A DNA stretch of 64,000 bases from Negativicutes bacterium. Lineage in GTDB: Bacteria > Bacillota > Negativicutes > UBA1444. Numbering within the stretch: the stretch's first letter is position 1; each line of letters opens with the position of its first letter. The translations under genes and the position numbers were made by a program. Shown piece after piece: positions 1 through 10,770 of this stretch. The notes under the pieces are model-generated. The model saw only the letters and a program-made list of their open reading frames with translations, was not told where the DNA came from and did not search any database. The DNA is taken from NCBI GenBank assembly GCA_963665275.2, contig CAXXIN010000013.1, positions 256,001 through 320,000 of the forward strand, in the 5' to 3' direction.

Positions 1-371
1 TGACGGGACGTAGTATCGCAGCACATCTGCGTCATGTAGCCGCAAATGACGAGTGTATCGACTTCCAGTCCGCGCAGCGTCGCTTCCAGCTCCGTGCCTG
101 TGAAACTACCTGGCAGCTGCTTGTCGATAATACACAAATGTTCTTTGTTCTGCAGCTCGTCATGGATTTCCCAGCCGTTGCTGCCCTTCAGGAAAACCGC
201 CGCATCTTTTTGCGGAGATCCGTGGCGAATCAGAATGACCGGTATTGCATTGCGGTTCGCTGCATCCACGGCCGCCAGGATATGAGCAAAGCTTCCCTCG
301 GGATATGTCACCGGCATTTTCCCGGTAAAGTATTCATTTTGAACGTCGATTACGAGCAATGCTCTTTTCAT
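1..371 (-). CDS. Cysteine hydrolase / isochorismatase family protein (3' end runs off the window)
   Basis: Not in the ORF track; manual translation from ATG at 371 gives MKRALLVIDVQNEYF...IIDKQLPGSFTGT...VICGYMTQMCCDTTSR, with the family D, K and C catalytic motifs. Confidence 0.9.
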   Translation of the reverse strand, partial: MKRALLVIDVQNEYFTGKMPVTYPEGSFAHILAAVDAANRNAIPVILIRHGSPQKDAAVFLKGSNGWEIHDELQNKEHLCIIDKQLPGSFTGTELEATLRGLEVDTLVICGYMTQMCCDTTSR

Positions 372-386
372 TGATTTCACTCCCAT

Positions 387-1026
387 TCATTTATTTTCGC
401 TCTTTCTCAGGGATAACCCGTCGTTGCGAATATCCTGCGCCCGCTTGCCCATGATGCGAAACGCCAGCTGTATCGACGGGCCCAGTGTGAATACCACGAT
501 GATCGTCCCCACTCCAATCGGCCCTCCCAGAAGAAATCCCAGCAGCGTGACGGTCGCTTCGATCGCGGTTCGGACTTTCCACAGCGGCCAGCCTGACCTA
601 CGGATAGCCCCGACCATGAAGCTGTCGCGCGGACCGGCGCCCAAGGAAGCCGACAAGTAGAAAAAGCTCCCCCCAGCCAATCACGAGAACTCCCGCCAGC
701 AAAAGAGCAAGTTGGCTGGCCATCTGTCCCGGCAACGGGATGAAGTTACTACTCATAAACATGTCAATAAAGACCCCGATAAAATAAAGATTGGCAATCG
801 TTCCCCAGCCAGGTTTGATTCCGAGAGCCAGCCCCAAGCCAACCACGATGACCCCTGTCAATTGGGATACTTGACCAACAGTAACCGGGAAATAATTGAT
901 GAGTCCCAGGTGCAGCACATCCCATGGAGCGGTACCCAGGTTACTCCGGATCGTCATCACGATGCCCAGACCAAACAACAGCAAACCAAAAAACAGATAC
1001 GCAACTCGTTGAAACACTTGATCCAT
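387..1026 (-). pseudogene. YczE/YyaS/YitT-family membrane protein, split by one frameshift (likely sequencing error)
   Basis: ORFs 598..1065 (SNLGTAPWDVLHLG, PGWGTIAN) and 387..680 (LGAGPRDSFM, LGGPIGVGTII) join if one base is removed from the C6 run at 669-674. Confidence 0.8.
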
Positions 1027-1229
1027 CCCTTCGCAACAAACGTCATTTTCCCTGAGCAATAGCAAAATTATACCATGTGCGCCGCAAGGTTTTCCTATTT
1101 ATTATCACGATATGATAATAATCCGCTCCACTGTTTGTATTTCTACGCTATTGAAACCGCTCATCAGCCGGTATAAGCTGAACTTGAGTAACCGTCAAAA
1201 GAGTTGGACTCCCAGAGGAGGTAGCAGCC

Positions 1230-1871
1230 ATGCTGATCAACTACTTGTCCGGTGGATGTTTCATTGCCAGCATCTTTTTTATTATCGGGTTATGGTTCGG
1301 CACTCTTCGAGGGCACGAAATTTATCAGCACAAACGGGCATTATTGATCTTCATCACGTTGGTGACGATTGCACTGCCTGTTGTGACGTTTCTGGCGGTT
1401 AGCACCAGCAGTCAGTCAAACCATGCAGAAACATTTGCGAGATATGGCGCGATTGCCGGCTTTTTGATCGCCGCTCTTTATGTCGAATATTTAATGCTCC
1501 CCAAGAAGGTTAGGCGTGCGCCGCTCGCCTCTCCAGCCTCCACGGAGCAATCACAGTCCCCGCCCAATAAGCCGCTCGTTATTTATCGCGACCTGCGTCT
1601 CAGTCTCTATTTTATCATCTTGCTGTTACTTATTTTGTTCCCGCCCTATTATGAGAGCTGGACCCATAATCGCGCCTGGGTGTTTATCGGTTCAGGCAAT
1701 GTACGGCCATTCTTTGTTTTGGATCTCACGTTTCTCCTCTACGAGTTAATACTGACGGCAGCCGTGTGCTCAGGACTCGAATTCTGGATGGTCAAGAGTC
1801 AAAGCGGCACTGAAACCCCAAGGGAGGTCAAACGAATAAAAAACCCTCGCTCGCACTGGCGACCACTGTGA
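1230..1871 (+). CDS. Hypothetical membrane protein (about 5 TM segments)
   Basis: 213-aa ORF, strong RBS GAGGAGG, several hydrophobic stretches. Confidence 0.7.
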   Translation: MLINYLSGGCFIASIFFIIGLWFGTLRGHEIYQHKRALLIFITLVTIALPVVTFLAVSTSSQSNHAETFARYGAIAGFLIAALYVEYLMLPKKVRRAPLASPASTEQSQSPPNKPLVIYRDLRLSLYFIILLLLILFPPYYESWTHNRAWVFIGSGNVRPFFVLDLTFLLYELILTAAVCSGLEFWMVKSQSGTETPREVKRIKNPRSHWRPL

Positions 1872-1925
1872 CGGCAATCACAAGATTTCTTATGGTCGCC
1901 GCGCAAACTTCGGCGTTTACTTCCA

Positions 1926-2519
1926 CTATTTCGCCAAATAGCCCTTGTCGATGCACTCCTCTATGATAGCGTCCACCAAATCCCCCAGGGGGCCGGATAC
2001 CTCGCGGGTCGCCTTATTGCGTTCCCTGACCTTGTCGCTGGTTATTCCGTGTTCTTTCCAGGACTGCCCCTGTGTTGAGTAGTGGAGCAACAGTGGTTGC
2101 AGGCGGTCCAGCACGCCGGCGAAACGGGCTTCCGGTGTCTCTCCGGCTTCGAACTCCTCCCATAGTTGCAGAAGCTCCTGCGCCTGATCCGGAGGCAGTA
2201 TGGGGAATACCCGTGCCGCCGCCACTTTTTCACGCGCGATCTGATCAATGCCCGACTCCACATCGTAGCAGTAGGTGTCTCCCGCATCAATCTCCACGAG
2301 GTCGTGAATGAGCGCCATTTTCATCACCCGTAGCACATCGAGAGAGCTGTCGCCGCCAACATGTTCCGCGAGCAGCACGGCCATCAGCGCCAGGTGCCAG
2401 GAATGCTCAGCGTCAGTCTCATGTCTGGATTTGTCCGTTATGATATTCTGTCGGTATATCCGCTTTAATTTATCTACTTCTATAATAAATTCGATCTGCT
2501 GTTTGATGCGCGTTTCCAT
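1926..2519 (-). CDS. HD-domain phosphohydrolase (HDDC2/YGK1-like)
   Basis: KLKRIYRQ, ETDAEHSW, LIHDLVEIDAGD, WEEFE, LDRLQP motifs. Confidence 0.9.
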   Translation of the reverse strand: METRIKQQIEFIIEVDKLKRIYRQNIITDKSRHETDAEHSWHLALMAVLLAEHVGGDSSLDVLRVMKMALIHDLVEIDAGDTYCYDVESGIDQIAREKVAAARVFPILPPDQAQELLQLWEEFEAGETPEARFAGVLDRLQPLLLHYSTQGQSWKEHGITSDKVRERNKATREVSGPLGDLVDAIIEECIDKGYLAK

Positions 2520-2601
2520 TGATTTTTCTCCTATTGCTTCTGGTCTCTGCGCTAAATATTACACAAGGTTCTCTTTTTGTCAATTTGTGTATGAGTAAAA
2601 A

Positions 2602-2641
2602 GAAGACCTGATCCCCAGTGAAGGGGTCAGGCCTTCTTTTT
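2602..2641. terminator. Intrinsic terminator downstream of cheW
   Basis: Imperfect hairpin cctgatcccc...ggggtcagg with A/T-rich flanks. Confidence 0.55.
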
Positions 2642-2645
2642 ACCG

Positions 2646-3113
2646 TTATTTGGCTACTGTGGCGGACTCGAGGCTCTCAACATCTTCGATTGACAGGATT
2701 TTTTCCGGGTCCAGTATAACAATCAACCGGTCATCCACTTTGCCAATCCCTTTGATATAGCTGTTATTGACGCCGGTTATAAAGGCGGGCGCATTTTGCA
2801 GTTCAGCATCATCGATTCTCACAATATCCGTGACTTCGTCGACGATCCATCCACATACCGAATCATTGACATTCAACATAATAAACTTACTTTCGTCTGA
2901 AAGCGCCTTTTCGGCAAACCCGAATTTCATGCGCAGATTGTAAATAAACTTAATTTGTCCCCGTAAATTAATCATGCCGGCGATTTCTTTGGGCATGCCC
3001 GGCAGAAACTCTATTTTGAACTTCTTCGAACGCAATATGCCGTTTACGGCTGAAGCGTCGATGCCATACTCCTGGTTGTCCAATGCAAACACGACCAATT
3101 GAATATTCGCCAC
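2646..3113 (-). CDS. cheW: Chemotaxis coupling protein CheW
   Basis: QLVVFAL..YGID, GMINLRG, IVDEVTDI, IKGIGKVDDRLIVILD. Confidence 0.92.
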   Translation of the reverse strand: MANIQLVVFALDNQEYGIDASAVNGILRSKKFKIEFLPGMPKEIAGMINLRGQIKFIYNLRMKFGFAEKALSDESKFIMLNVNDSVCGWIVDEVTDIVRIDDAELQNAPAFITGVNNSYIKGIGKVDDRLIVILDPEKILSIEDVESLESATVAK

Positions 3114-3139
3114 AAGCCTATCCTCCTCCCCTGTTATCG

Positions 3140-4210
3140 TTACACTTCGCCTGCGAGATCGTTCAATTGTTCCGTTAAACTCAGCAATTCTTGAACACTG
3201 GCGGTAACTTCTTGAATGGCGGCGGCCTGCTGTTCGACGATCGAAGTGGTTTCATTTCCCATAGACACGGTTTTATCAACCGATTCTTTGATGCTTGTGG
3301 TTAGTTCTTTAATTTTGCCGACAGTTTGTTTGGAATCCCCCGAAAGTTTTCGGATTTCCTGGGCCACCACGCCAAATCCCAGACCGGCCTCACCGGCGCG
3401 GGCCGCTTCAATCGCCGCATTCAACCCCAACAAGCGGGTCTCATCGGCAATATCTTTGATGAACTCCATGACTTCGTCAATCTTTCCGGTTACGGCATTA
3501 ACATTTTTGATTTCCTGATTCAAACTGCTTTGAGTACCACTAACACTAGTAGCCGTTGCCGCTAATTCTTCCATGGTCGCAGAAATTTGGCTGACCCCGT
3601 CACTGAGGGTTTCCACAACCGCTTTCAATTTACGCTGGTGATAAGCAGACTTCGACATGCTGTTCGCAACATCGAATAACACATTGGCAGCCGCTTCAAT
3701 GCTCTCCTTGGAAAGTTTGCGGATCTCATGCACCGCTTCAATATAGCCGTCCTCGTCGACTCCAATTTCGCTCGCAATTTTTCGATACTTGGCATCATCC
3801 GGCAATGTTGTCAAGACTTGTCCGCCCAGAATGGTGCCAATGAGCCGCCCTTCCAACATAATCGGCGCCGCGAAATCAATCAGCCCCGCATGGCATTCAT
3901 AAACGACCGGTTTACCGGTTCTGGCCGCTTCTTCTCCGCCCTTGCGGTGAGATTCCGCACACCGCTTGTCGCCGCATTCCGTCGAATGCGTATAATCCAT
4001 ACAGAAACGGGTATAACTGCTGGGATTGGTAACGGGAGTTCCGTCCGGATCGACCGTCACGCTGGCCAATCCGACTCCTTTGGCAAAATCGTCCTGAAAT
4101 CGTTGAAGAAATTTAAGATCAATCACATCTGCCAGCTTAATGTTCTGAATATCTGAAGTCTGCCGCCCCCAGTTATTATTTTGTTGTCCCTTAGCGCTGT
4201 TCGCTTGCAT
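3140..4210 (-). CDS. Soluble methyl-accepting chemotaxis protein with N-terminal PocR sensor domain
   Basis: PocR motifs ([10 protein letters not shown]...[23 protein letters not shown]) followed by MCP tip [36 protein letters not shown]; no TM segment. Confidence 0.9.
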   Translation of the reverse strand: MQANSAKGQQNNNWGRQTSDIQNIKLADVIDLKFLQRFQDDFAKGVGLASVTVDPDGTPVTNPSSYTRFCMDYTHSTECGDKRCAESHRKGGEEAARTGKPVVYECHAGLIDFAAPIMLEGRLIGTILGGQVLTTLPDDAKYRKIASEIGVDEDGYIEAVHEIRKLSKESIEAAANVLFDVANSMSKSAYHQRKLKAVVETLSDGVSQISATMEELAATATSVSGTQSSLNQEIKNVNAVTGKIDEVMEFIKDIADETRLLGLNAAIEAARAGEAGLGFGVVAQEIRKLSGDSKQTVGKIKELTTSIKESVDKTVSMGNETTSIVEQQAAAIQEVTASVQELLSLTEQLNDLAGEV

Positions 4211-4262
4211 CCTTTTTTCCTCCTCAATGCTTATGGGTGGGTCACAATTGATTATTGTTTTA

Positions 4263-4291
4263 ATATTCGCCGTATTTAAGCATATTCCTGC
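4263..4291 (-). promoter_or_regulatory. Sigma-H-like promoter for the PocR-MCP/cheW operon
   Basis: Minus strand GCAGGAATA-N11-GGCGAATAT matches RNAGGAWWW-N11/12-RNNGAATWW. Confidence 0.6.
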
Positions 4292-4303
4292 TTTAGCTCA
4301 TAA

Positions 4304-4341
4304 AGAAGCCCCCATACCCATCAGGGCTTGGGGGTTCTTCT
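4304..4341. terminator. Intrinsic terminator hairpin
   Basis: agaagccccca...tgggggttcttct just downstream of the 4375 gene. Confidence 0.5.
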
Positions 4342-4374
4342 ATTATTGAGGAAATGCTTTATTTATTTCCAGTC

Positions 4375-4845
4375 TTATCCTCTGCGTTGGTAGGGATTTT
4401 CGTCCTTTTTCTCCTTGCTGGTCCGATAGCGCGTCCATGCATACCGCAAGCCGAACACAACGAGGAATACAAGCATGAGGTTAAAGAGGACCCCGATAAT
4501 CTCGGCGAACATGCCGTTGGAACCGAAGCCGAACATATTGCCCAGCATACTGCCTAGCAGCATGCCGCCGCCGATCATCGCGGCATTCCGCAGGAAACTG
4601 CTGCCGGTCGAAGGCTGCGCCGCTTGCTGCGGTTTGGCTGGCGTCGCTGGTGCTTTGTTATTATAGCTGTTGGCAGGCGCTGACGGTTTGTAGCCCGGGG
4701 CCGTGCTGGGTGATGTCGGGGCCGCCGGCCGCGAAACGCTTGGCGTTCTGGGTGCCGAGCTGCCTTTGGAACCGCTGACCGCAGCAAAAGTCATGGACTG
4801 AAACGCGAACAGTAACAAGAATGTGAATAGCAGTATCTTTTTCAA
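4375..4845 (-). CDS. Hypothetical exported/membrane protein with Pro/Ala/Ser-rich linker and Gly-rich segment
   Basis: TTG start after GGAGG overlapping the upstream stop; signal peptide (KKILLFTFLLLFAFQSMTFA), low-complexity linker, GGGMLLGSMLGNMFG, C-terminal TM. Confidence 0.7.
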   Translation of the reverse strand: MKKILLFTFLLLFAFQSMTFAAVSGSKGSSAPRTPSVSRPAAPTSPSTAPGYKPSAPANSYNNKAPATPAKPQQAAQPSTGSSFLRNAAMIGGGMLLGSMLGNMFGFGSNGMFAEIIGVLFNLMLVFLVVFGLRYAWTRYRTSKEKKDENPYQRRG

Positions 4846-4846
4846 G

Positions 4847-5125
4847 TTATTCCTCCTTGTGGGTTTTGACATCTTCGGGGAAGGCATAGATGTCGGCCAA
4901 CGTTGACAATTCCCCCGACAGATACCGGTCGATATCATGCACATCTACATAGAAAGTGCAGGCGACTTCCAGATAACCCTGCTCCTTTCCCTGACTGGCA
5001 TCGCGAATTGCCAGTAATTTTTCCCTCAGCTTCAGGCATTCTGCTTCCGATGCCTGAACCCCAAGTGTGACCAGGGGCGTTCCATAGTCGTGAAGTACAT
5101 CAAGCAAACTGAGTCTTTCGGACAT
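4847..5125 (-). CDS. Hypothetical protein (92 aa)
   Basis: ORF with RBS AAGGAG, directly upstream of and coupled to the 4375 gene. Confidence 0.65.
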   Translation of the reverse strand: MSERLSLLDVLHDYGTPLVTLGVQASEAECLKLREKLLAIRDASQGKEQGYLEVACTFYVDVHDIDRYLSGELSTLADIYAFPEDVKTHKEE

Positions 5126-5259
5126 CGTTCATTCTCCTTTTTCATCTTACCTATAGCATACAATTTTCATTGTACGCCACTCCATTATTAAAGCATACTT
5201 ATAGCCCTCTTGGCAAAGGGAGCGAATACTCCAAACGGCATTGAAGTGCGGCGCCCTCT

Positions 5260-5757
5260 TCAATATTTGAGCGCCAGATCCCAGCGCTGTTCGATCAGCA
5301 GGTCTTTCCATTCATGGTTTTCTTTTTCCTCGGTCAGGGTGAATCCATCCTTCTGGTACAGATGGACGGCGGCATCCAATCCTTTAAACGTCCATAGCAT
5401 GATGTGCGTGTAGCCTTTCTGCCGGCAATAGTCCATCAAGGTCTCCATCAGTCTGCGGCCGAGGCCGATACCGCGAAACTCCGGTTCCATCAGGAACCAG
5501 CGCAATTGCGCGGTAGTCTTGTCGATTTCCACCAGCCCGATAAATCCGGCGATAACGCCGCCGACTTCAGCCATCCAGATTTCCCCCTTGGCTGGCTCCT
5601 CCAGAAACTTGCTCAAACTCTGCAGCACATATTTTTCAAAGACATGGTCAAACCCGTATTCCCGCGCATACAATACGCCGTGCCGATAGGCGACGTATCC
5701 GGCATCTCCGGGTTGATAGGTTCGGATGGTAATGGGAGGATTTTTTCTTAAGGGCAT
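5260..5757 (-). CDS. GNAT-family N-acetyltransferase
   Basis: HGVLYAREYGFD, AQLRWFLMEPEFRGIGLGRRL acetyl-CoA motif, LYQKDGF. Confidence 0.9.
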   Translation of the reverse strand: MPLRKNPPITIRTYQPGDAGYVAYRHGVLYAREYGFDHVFEKYVLQSLSKFLEEPAKGEIWMAEVGGVIAGFIGLVEIDKTTAQLRWFLMEPEFRGIGLGRRLMETLMDYCRQKGYTHIMLWTFKGLDAAVHLYQKDGFTLTEEKENHEWKDLLIEQRWDLALKY

Positions 5758-5782
5758 GGGTTCCCCCTCCTTCTATGATGAA

Positions 5783-6496
5783 TTAAAACAGGATTTCCTG
5801 CCCCTCATGTGTGATCTCCACTGTCGGCGCAGAAAGTTTCTTTGCCCGCAGCGCAAAAGCCTTGGTCGCTGCGAAATCAACGCCAAAATGCATGGGAATC
5901 AATAGTTTCGGCTTCATCATCGCCGCAAAATACTCAGCCCCCAAGCAATAATGTTCTTCCAACCGGCGGTCTACCGGGAAAAAGGCAATATCAATCTTGC
6001 GTCCGGCGATTTTATCCATCTCCGCTTTAAAAATCTTTTCCGCATAATCTTGTTCGTCCTGCGTTTCACCGCTCCACCGCCACCAGTTCAAATCGCCGGC
6101 ATGAAAAATCGCCAGTCCGTCCACCTGAACCAAGAAAGAAATGCCCGCATCCGTTGAGCCGAACGTTTCCACTTCGATACTCTGATCAGCCCACTGTTCG
6201 TAGGCGGACAGAACCTGACACCGAATGGCGCTGCGATCAACAAGGATGTCACTGCTGAAAACATACGTAATCGCCGGATTCGCCTTGGCCCATCGCAAAA
6301 TAGCCGGGTCATAATGGTCGCCGTGGCTGTGCGAAACAAATACATAAATATTTCGTTTGGTCTGCAGTAACTCAGGGGTAATGATCGGCTCTTTCACGAG
6401 TGAAGGGCAATAATCAAAAAGAAAAAAACAATTCGCCGTTTCCACCGCAAAACCGCTGTGCGCCAAAAAAGTAATTTTCGCCTGTGGTTTTTCCAA
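5783..6496 (-). CDS. MBL-fold metallo-hydrolase
   Basis: HSGF, VSHSHGDH, FHAGDLN, IPMHF. Confidence 0.9.
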   Translation of the reverse strand: MEKPQAKITFLAHSGFAVETANCFFLFDYCPSLVKEPIITPELLQTKRNIYVFVSHSHGDHYDPAILRWAKANPAITYVFSSDILVDRSAIRCQVLSAYEQWADQSIEVETFGSTDAGISFLVQVDGLAIFHAGDLNWWRWSGETQDEQDYAEKIFKAEMDKIAGRKIDIAFFPVDRRLEEHYCLGAEYFAAMMKPKLLIPMHFGVDFAATKAFALRAKKLSAPTVEITHEGQEILF

Positions 6497-6514
6497 ACCG
6501 ATCCCCTCATTTCA

Positions 6515-7972
6515 TTAATAATTTTTGTTGCGAAATCCGACTTGACGGACCGTATAAATCTTCCCCTTGATCTTGGCGCGCGAAAGAGTCTCCAAGACCA
6601 TATCTCCCTTATCGCCCAGGATCTCCACATACGAGCAGGTCTCCTGAATGTCGATAATCCCGATATCCGCCGCGACCACCCCGGCGATAGCCGTAACGGC
6701 GCCCACGATGTCGCCCGGCCGCATTTTCGCCTTGCGTCCGGCATTGATCCGTATCCGGGTAATCTCCCGGTTGATGATTTCGCTCCGATCGACGGGAAAA
6801 GCCGGCATGGCGGTATCTGCGGTGAAGATCAATTTCCCTTTCTCAACAGCCGCTGCATTCGGGGCTTCCCGTCTAAGGATCCGATAACCCAGATATTCTT
6901 CCAGCTCCGCCAGACGCCTCTGCTCCTGCGGCGGCACGAAGGTAATGGCTTCTCCCTCATTGCCGGCGCGTCCGGTCCGGCCGATGCGGTGCACGTAATT
7001 CTCAGGTTCCAGCGGCAGGTCATAGTTGATCACCAGCGAAATATCGTCCACGTGAATGCCCCGGGCCGCCACATCTGTCGCGACCAGGAATTGGAGCCCG
7101 CCGAGTTTGAAGCTCTGCATCGTGTTCAGCCGTTCCCGCTGCTCCATGCCGCCATGCAAACTCCCCCACAGTTTCCCGTCCCGCTTGAATTCCGCAAACA
7201 AAGACACGACCCGTTCCCGCGTATTGCAAAATATGAGACAGCGGTCCGGTCTCATCGTATAGATCAGCTTTCGCAGCAAGCCGGCTTTTTCGGGTTCCGG
7301 GATCAGATAGTAGCCCTGTCGAATCATTTCCGTCGTCGGCTTCACCGACTCCACTGCAATCCGCACCGGATTTTGCATGTACTGGTTGCAAATCTCCTGC
7401 ACCGACTCAGGCAGCGTGGCGGAAAAGACCAGGGTGACCCGATCTCTCGGCAACAGTCTGATAATCGCCCCAACCTGTTCGATGAATCCCATGTCCAACA
7501 TTTTATCCGCTTCGTCGAGAATGAGATAGCGGATCTCACTTAACTCGATATTGCCTCGTTCAATATGATCGAAGGTTCGCCCCGGCGTCCCGGCAATCAC
7601 ATGCACCCGTTGCCGCAGCTCTCTCTTCTGCGTTTCCATTGGTTGTTTGCCAAAAATCGCCGCACAGCGGATTCTTTTGAACCGGCCGATATTGGAGATA
7701 TCCTGCTTGACCTGCACTGCCAATTCCCGGGTCGGTGTGAGCACGAGCGCCTGCGGACGACGCTGGTCCAGTTGGATCCTTTCGCAGACCGGAATGGCGA
7801 AGGCCGCCGTCTTGCCGCTGCCGGTCTGGGAGCTGACGATGACATCCTGCCCGGCCAAAACCGCCGGGATCGCCAGTTCCTGCACCTCTGTCAGCGTTTC
7901 ATACCCCAGATTCTCCAGAGATTTCACCATTTCCTCGCTGAAACCGCAGGAGTCCAGACCTCTTCCATCCAT
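6515..7972 (-). CDS. dbpA: DEAD-box RNA helicase with DbpA-type C-terminal RNA-binding domain
   Basis: Q motif, SQTGSGKT, PTRELA, DEAD, SAT, HRIGRTGRAG; C-terminal GRKAKMRPGDIVGA. Confidence 0.9.
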   Translation of the reverse strand: MDGRGLDSCGFSEEMVKSLENLGYETLTEVQELAIPAVLAGQDVIVSSQTGSGKTAAFAIPVCERIQLDQRRPQALVLTPTRELAVQVKQDISNIGRFKRIRCAAIFGKQPMETQKRELRQRVHVIAGTPGRTFDHIERGNIELSEIRYLILDEADKMLDMGFIEQVGAIIRLLPRDRVTLVFSATLPESVQEICNQYMQNPVRIAVESVKPTTEMIRQGYYLIPEPEKAGLLRKLIYTMRPDRCLIFCNTRERVVSLFAEFKRDGKLWGSLHGGMEQRERLNTMQSFKLGGLQFLVATDVAARGIHVDDISLVINYDLPLEPENYVHRIGRTGRAGNEGEAITFVPPQEQRRLAELEEYLGYRILRREAPNAAAVEKGKLIFTADTAMPAFPVDRSEIINREITRIRINAGRKAKMRPGDIVGAVTAIAGVVAADIGIIDIQETCSYVEILGDKGDMVLETLSRAKIKGKIYTVRQVGFRNKNY

Positions 7973-8032
7973 GCCTTTGCCCTCTTTTCTCCGACCTTCC
8001 GCTGCCGCGTTTGCCCATTGTTTCTATCTATT

Positions 8033-8062
8033 ATATTCACCAATCGATTATGGAAACCCTTG
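8033..8062 (-). promoter_or_regulatory. Sigma-H-like promoter upstream of dbpA
   Basis: Minus strand CAAGGGTTT-N12-GGTGAATAT. Confidence 0.4.
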
Positions 8063-8111
8063 AATTTGGGCACATAGCATGAATCAAAAAAACCAGTCTA
8101 TACCATAGCAC

Positions 8112-9484
8112 CTACTCATTCGCAGTCATCTGCGCAAGTTCCTCGTAAAGCTTCGGAATTCCCTTCTTAATCTCATCTACCGTTGTTCTTGCCACGCTAA
8201 TTCTTATGCCCTTTTTATAGTACCGGCTATGAATATAACATTCGCTGCCCGGTGTCGTAAGAATCCCTTTCCTGCGCAAATTCTCCACGAACTTATTTTC
8301 GTCGACACAGTCAGGCAGTAGCAAATAGCAATAAAATCCGCTTTCACCACCGATCCACTCAGCTCCATATTCTTCTGCTATGACAAAGTATGTTTTTAAA
8401 CACTCAAGTCTTGCCTTTAGCTCACGTTTTATCGATGCGGTATGCTTTTTCAACATCTTACTGCGTATATAAATTTCCAACGTTGCCTGGGATAGCAATG
8501 ATGGTGAAAAATAGGCGTTGGGGTAGGAGCCTCCCACATGTTCGGCAAAAACCGGCAATAGGTGTGAGGGGAGAACCGTTATGCCGATTCTGATCCATGG
8601 TATTATTTTGATAAAACTTTTTAAATAGATATGATGCCTGTGATCGCCGTAAGAATATATAGGATCGCTGTGGTCGCCAAATTGGATGTCGCCGAAGTAA
8701 TCATCTTCAACAATATAGACATCATGTTTTTCCGCCAGTTGTGCAATTGTTTTGCGCTGCGCCTTGGAATAGCAAGTTCCCAACGGATTGTGGCTGTTGG
8801 GAATCGTATAAAAAAATTTAGTTTTTCCTTTTTTAAAAATGCTTTCCAGCAAGTCAACGTCGATTCCATCAGCCGTGCGGGGGATACCCAACGTTCTGGC
8901 AAAATTACTCTTCAAGAACTTATTGTAATACCTATATGTCGGTTGTTCGACTAAAATAACCTCTTTTTTTATTCGGGAAGGGCATACTATTCAAAACACT
9001 GAGTGCATGCTGAACACCAAGGTTAACAAGAATATTTTCGGGGCAATGCAAATATTTTAAAATCCGCCAAATACTTTGGCAGCAATTTCCGTAATGACGG
9101 CGCCCCGTAAAGTTCATGCCATTCAGAACTATTTACAGTACACATATCGATTGCCTGATTCAGGCAGTGTTTAATGTCAGGCATAAAAAAATTGTCCAAC
9201 AAGGGATTGCCACGAGAAAAATCGATTATCTCCGGGTCGGGCTGCATCGGGCGAAACCGATTCTCAAGAATATACCATCCACTCCGAGGAATAGAGTAAA
9301 CCACATGTTCGTTCTTCAATACATCGTATGCTTTCACAGCAGTGCTTGCACTTACATTATAAGCAATGCACAATGCACGAATGGAGGGTAATTTCTCCCC
9401 GCGTTTATATCTGCCTTCCCGTATATCCGCCTTCATGATATCGGCAATTTTCTGATAGGATTTTTTCAACGCGCTCCCACCCAT
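8112..9484 (-). pseudogene. MocR/GabR-type GntR regulator with PLP aminotransferase-like domain; two apparent frameshifts (likely sequencing errors)
   Basis: wHTH KLPSIRALC...STAVKAYDVL (9023..9484), middle GVQHAL (8932..9117), VEQPTY and HNPLG...IVEDDY...SFIK...RIG (8112..8915); extra bases in the runs near 9040 and 8965; likely true start TTG at 9469. Confidence 0.8.
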
Positions 9485-9500
9485 CTGTATCGATACAGAT
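9483..9500. promoter_or_regulatory. Candidate MocR operator (perfect 18-bp palindrome)
   Basis: ATCTGTATCGATACAGAT between the divergent MocR and MFS genes. Confidence 0.55.
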
Positions 9501-9572
9501 AGACTATAACATAATTATAATCGATTCTTCCATGCTATTATAAACTCAGTTTAGTTGTGGGAGAATTGAAAG

Positions 9573-10770
9573 ATGCGATCTCGGCGGTTCTTGCTTAATA
9601 TTTCCACATTCGCCATTACTGACGGCTTATTCGACAGCGTACCCATACTACTTTCTTTTATAATCGTATCGTTCGGCGCTGGGGAAAGGGAAGCCGGCAT
9701 TATTATCTCCCTTGCAATGATGGGCAGTACCCTTTGCGGACTATTTACCCGTTATCTTTTGCGGCGCCTTCGATTGAACCATATTGTAAGCTTAATCACT
9801 GCATTATATGGTATCGGTTTTTGCGCTAATGCCTTTGCGAAAAATATTTTTTTCGCAGGATTCGGCTTTATCCTTTCTCTCTCAGGATATGGCCTCTTTC
9901 ACAACGCAGCATTTACATATTTGGCTTCAAATTCGGCCAGACAATCTATCGGCAAAACAATAGGTGAATTTACGGCCATAGGTGACCTAGGCAGAATTCC
10001 ATTTGCTTCGCTTGCCGGCTTCATCGCTGCGTTCTCAATTTGGGGATTTCCCGGTTGGCGAATTGCGTGTTTGTCCTATGGCATAGGTGCTCTTCTCATG
10101 GCCGGATGGCTATTTTTTTCACCTCGCCATCCGCCGGTAGATGCCGCGCCTACGCCTCTCATAACGCCGGAATCGAAAGGATCCGTTTTGCCTTTTTCAC
10201 TTTTGCGTCACCGGCAATTTGCATTGCCAATAGCTGCAAACATACTTGACGCCCTCGGAAGTGACCAAGTTTTCATTTTCCTGCCCTACCTGCTTTTTGC
10301 CAAAGGTATTGATGCCAATTTTTTGGGCCCTTTTGCACTCGTTTTCACAGCTGGGTGTTTGGGTGGAAAAATAGTGTGCGGAAGAATCGTTGATTGCTAT
10401 GGCCCACGCAGGACTTTTGTCGCAGCGGAAGCTTGTTTGGCGATATTGCTTCTAACCATTATGTTGGCGCAGAAACCCTTTATCATCCTTGGAGTTTCCT
10501 TTTTACTTGGCATTGTGACCAAAGGCACAGTTCCAGTAATTCAGGCTATGATCACGGAACCCTGCCAAAAACAGGGGCAACATAACCGACGTGATTACTA
10601 TCAGCTCCTTTGCTCGCGGAACGGTCAATATACTGGCGCCGCTGCTATTCGGTTTTATTGCTTCACGAACTCATATCAACTGGATTTACTGTATCATGGC
10701 GGCAATGACCGGATGCGCCATATTGCCGGCATTGAAAATGGACAGCAATAATACGAGCGATTCCGTCTAA
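9573..10770 (+). pseudogene. MFS transporter with one apparent frameshift near 10587 (likely sequencing error)
   Basis: Multi-TM profile, GRIVDCYGPRR motif-A-like; the last two TMs (ILAPLLFGFIA, WIYCIMAAMTG) continue in another frame to TAA at 10770. Confidence 0.78.

Noticed and set aside
6458-7543. 361-aa plus-strand ORF and similar long antisense ORFs (47380..48528, 53529..54509, 55251..56126)
   Set aside because: Shadow ORFs opposite well-conserved genes; no recognisable motifs
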